NCBI RefSeq assembly: GCF_001194135.2
Contig: NC_068984.1
Coordinates: 135,502,731 to 135,566,730 of the forward strand
DNA: 64,000 nucleotides
Reading direction: 5' to 3'
Origin: Octopus bimaculoides
Lineage: Eukaryota
Within the stretch, counting starts at the first letter, position 1. Every line of letters begins with the position of its first letter. Below the pieces are notes generated by a model. That model searched no databases and was not told where the DNA came from. It saw nothing but the letters and a program-made list of their open reading frames with translations. A program made the position numbers and the translations under genes. Positions 63,931-64,000 of this stretch are shown in pieces.

Positions 63931-64000
63931 ATGTCACCAAGTCTTTCTTTCGCTCGTTCACTTCTTTTACACTGGTAGTAATATTTCTTTCTATTGCAGG

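Overview
AT-rich, repeat-dense animal genomic DNA, about 9% N (roughly 5.9 kb in 15 gaps, most flanked by microsatellites). The tRNA-type SINEs, R4/Dong-type LINE pieces, Tc1/mariner derivatives and dense (AT)n/(CA)n/(AAT)n tracts resemble an octopus draft assembly; that assignment is from memory of the repeats, not a search. I find no intact host protein-coding gene, rRNA, full tRNA gene or CRISPR array. All ORFs over 150 aa are artefacts of N runs or microsatellites. The protein-like sequence that exists is decayed mobile-element sequence: several R4/Dong LINE fragments, a Tc1 DD34E transposase, an internally deleted mariner, a Ty3/gypsy gag-protease remnant and weaker RTE, CR1/L2 and Penelope-like pieces. 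The window reads as intergenic or deep intronic. I cannot demonstrate a new biological system. The best leads are: (1) a minus-strand remnant at 54.8-56.4 kb where an AP-endonuclease sits upstream of an R4/Dong-type CCHC/RHD C-terminus, a possible dual-endonuclease LINE; (2) a TAA-microsatellite insertion hotspot at 3.9-6.3 kb holding an unexplained 560-bp element; (3) long fold-back hairpins at 15.0, 18.8 and 61.6 kb; (4) a MITE splitting a sequence with exon-like splice signals. SINE family labels A/B/C are my working names. Boundaries of decayed elements are approximate.
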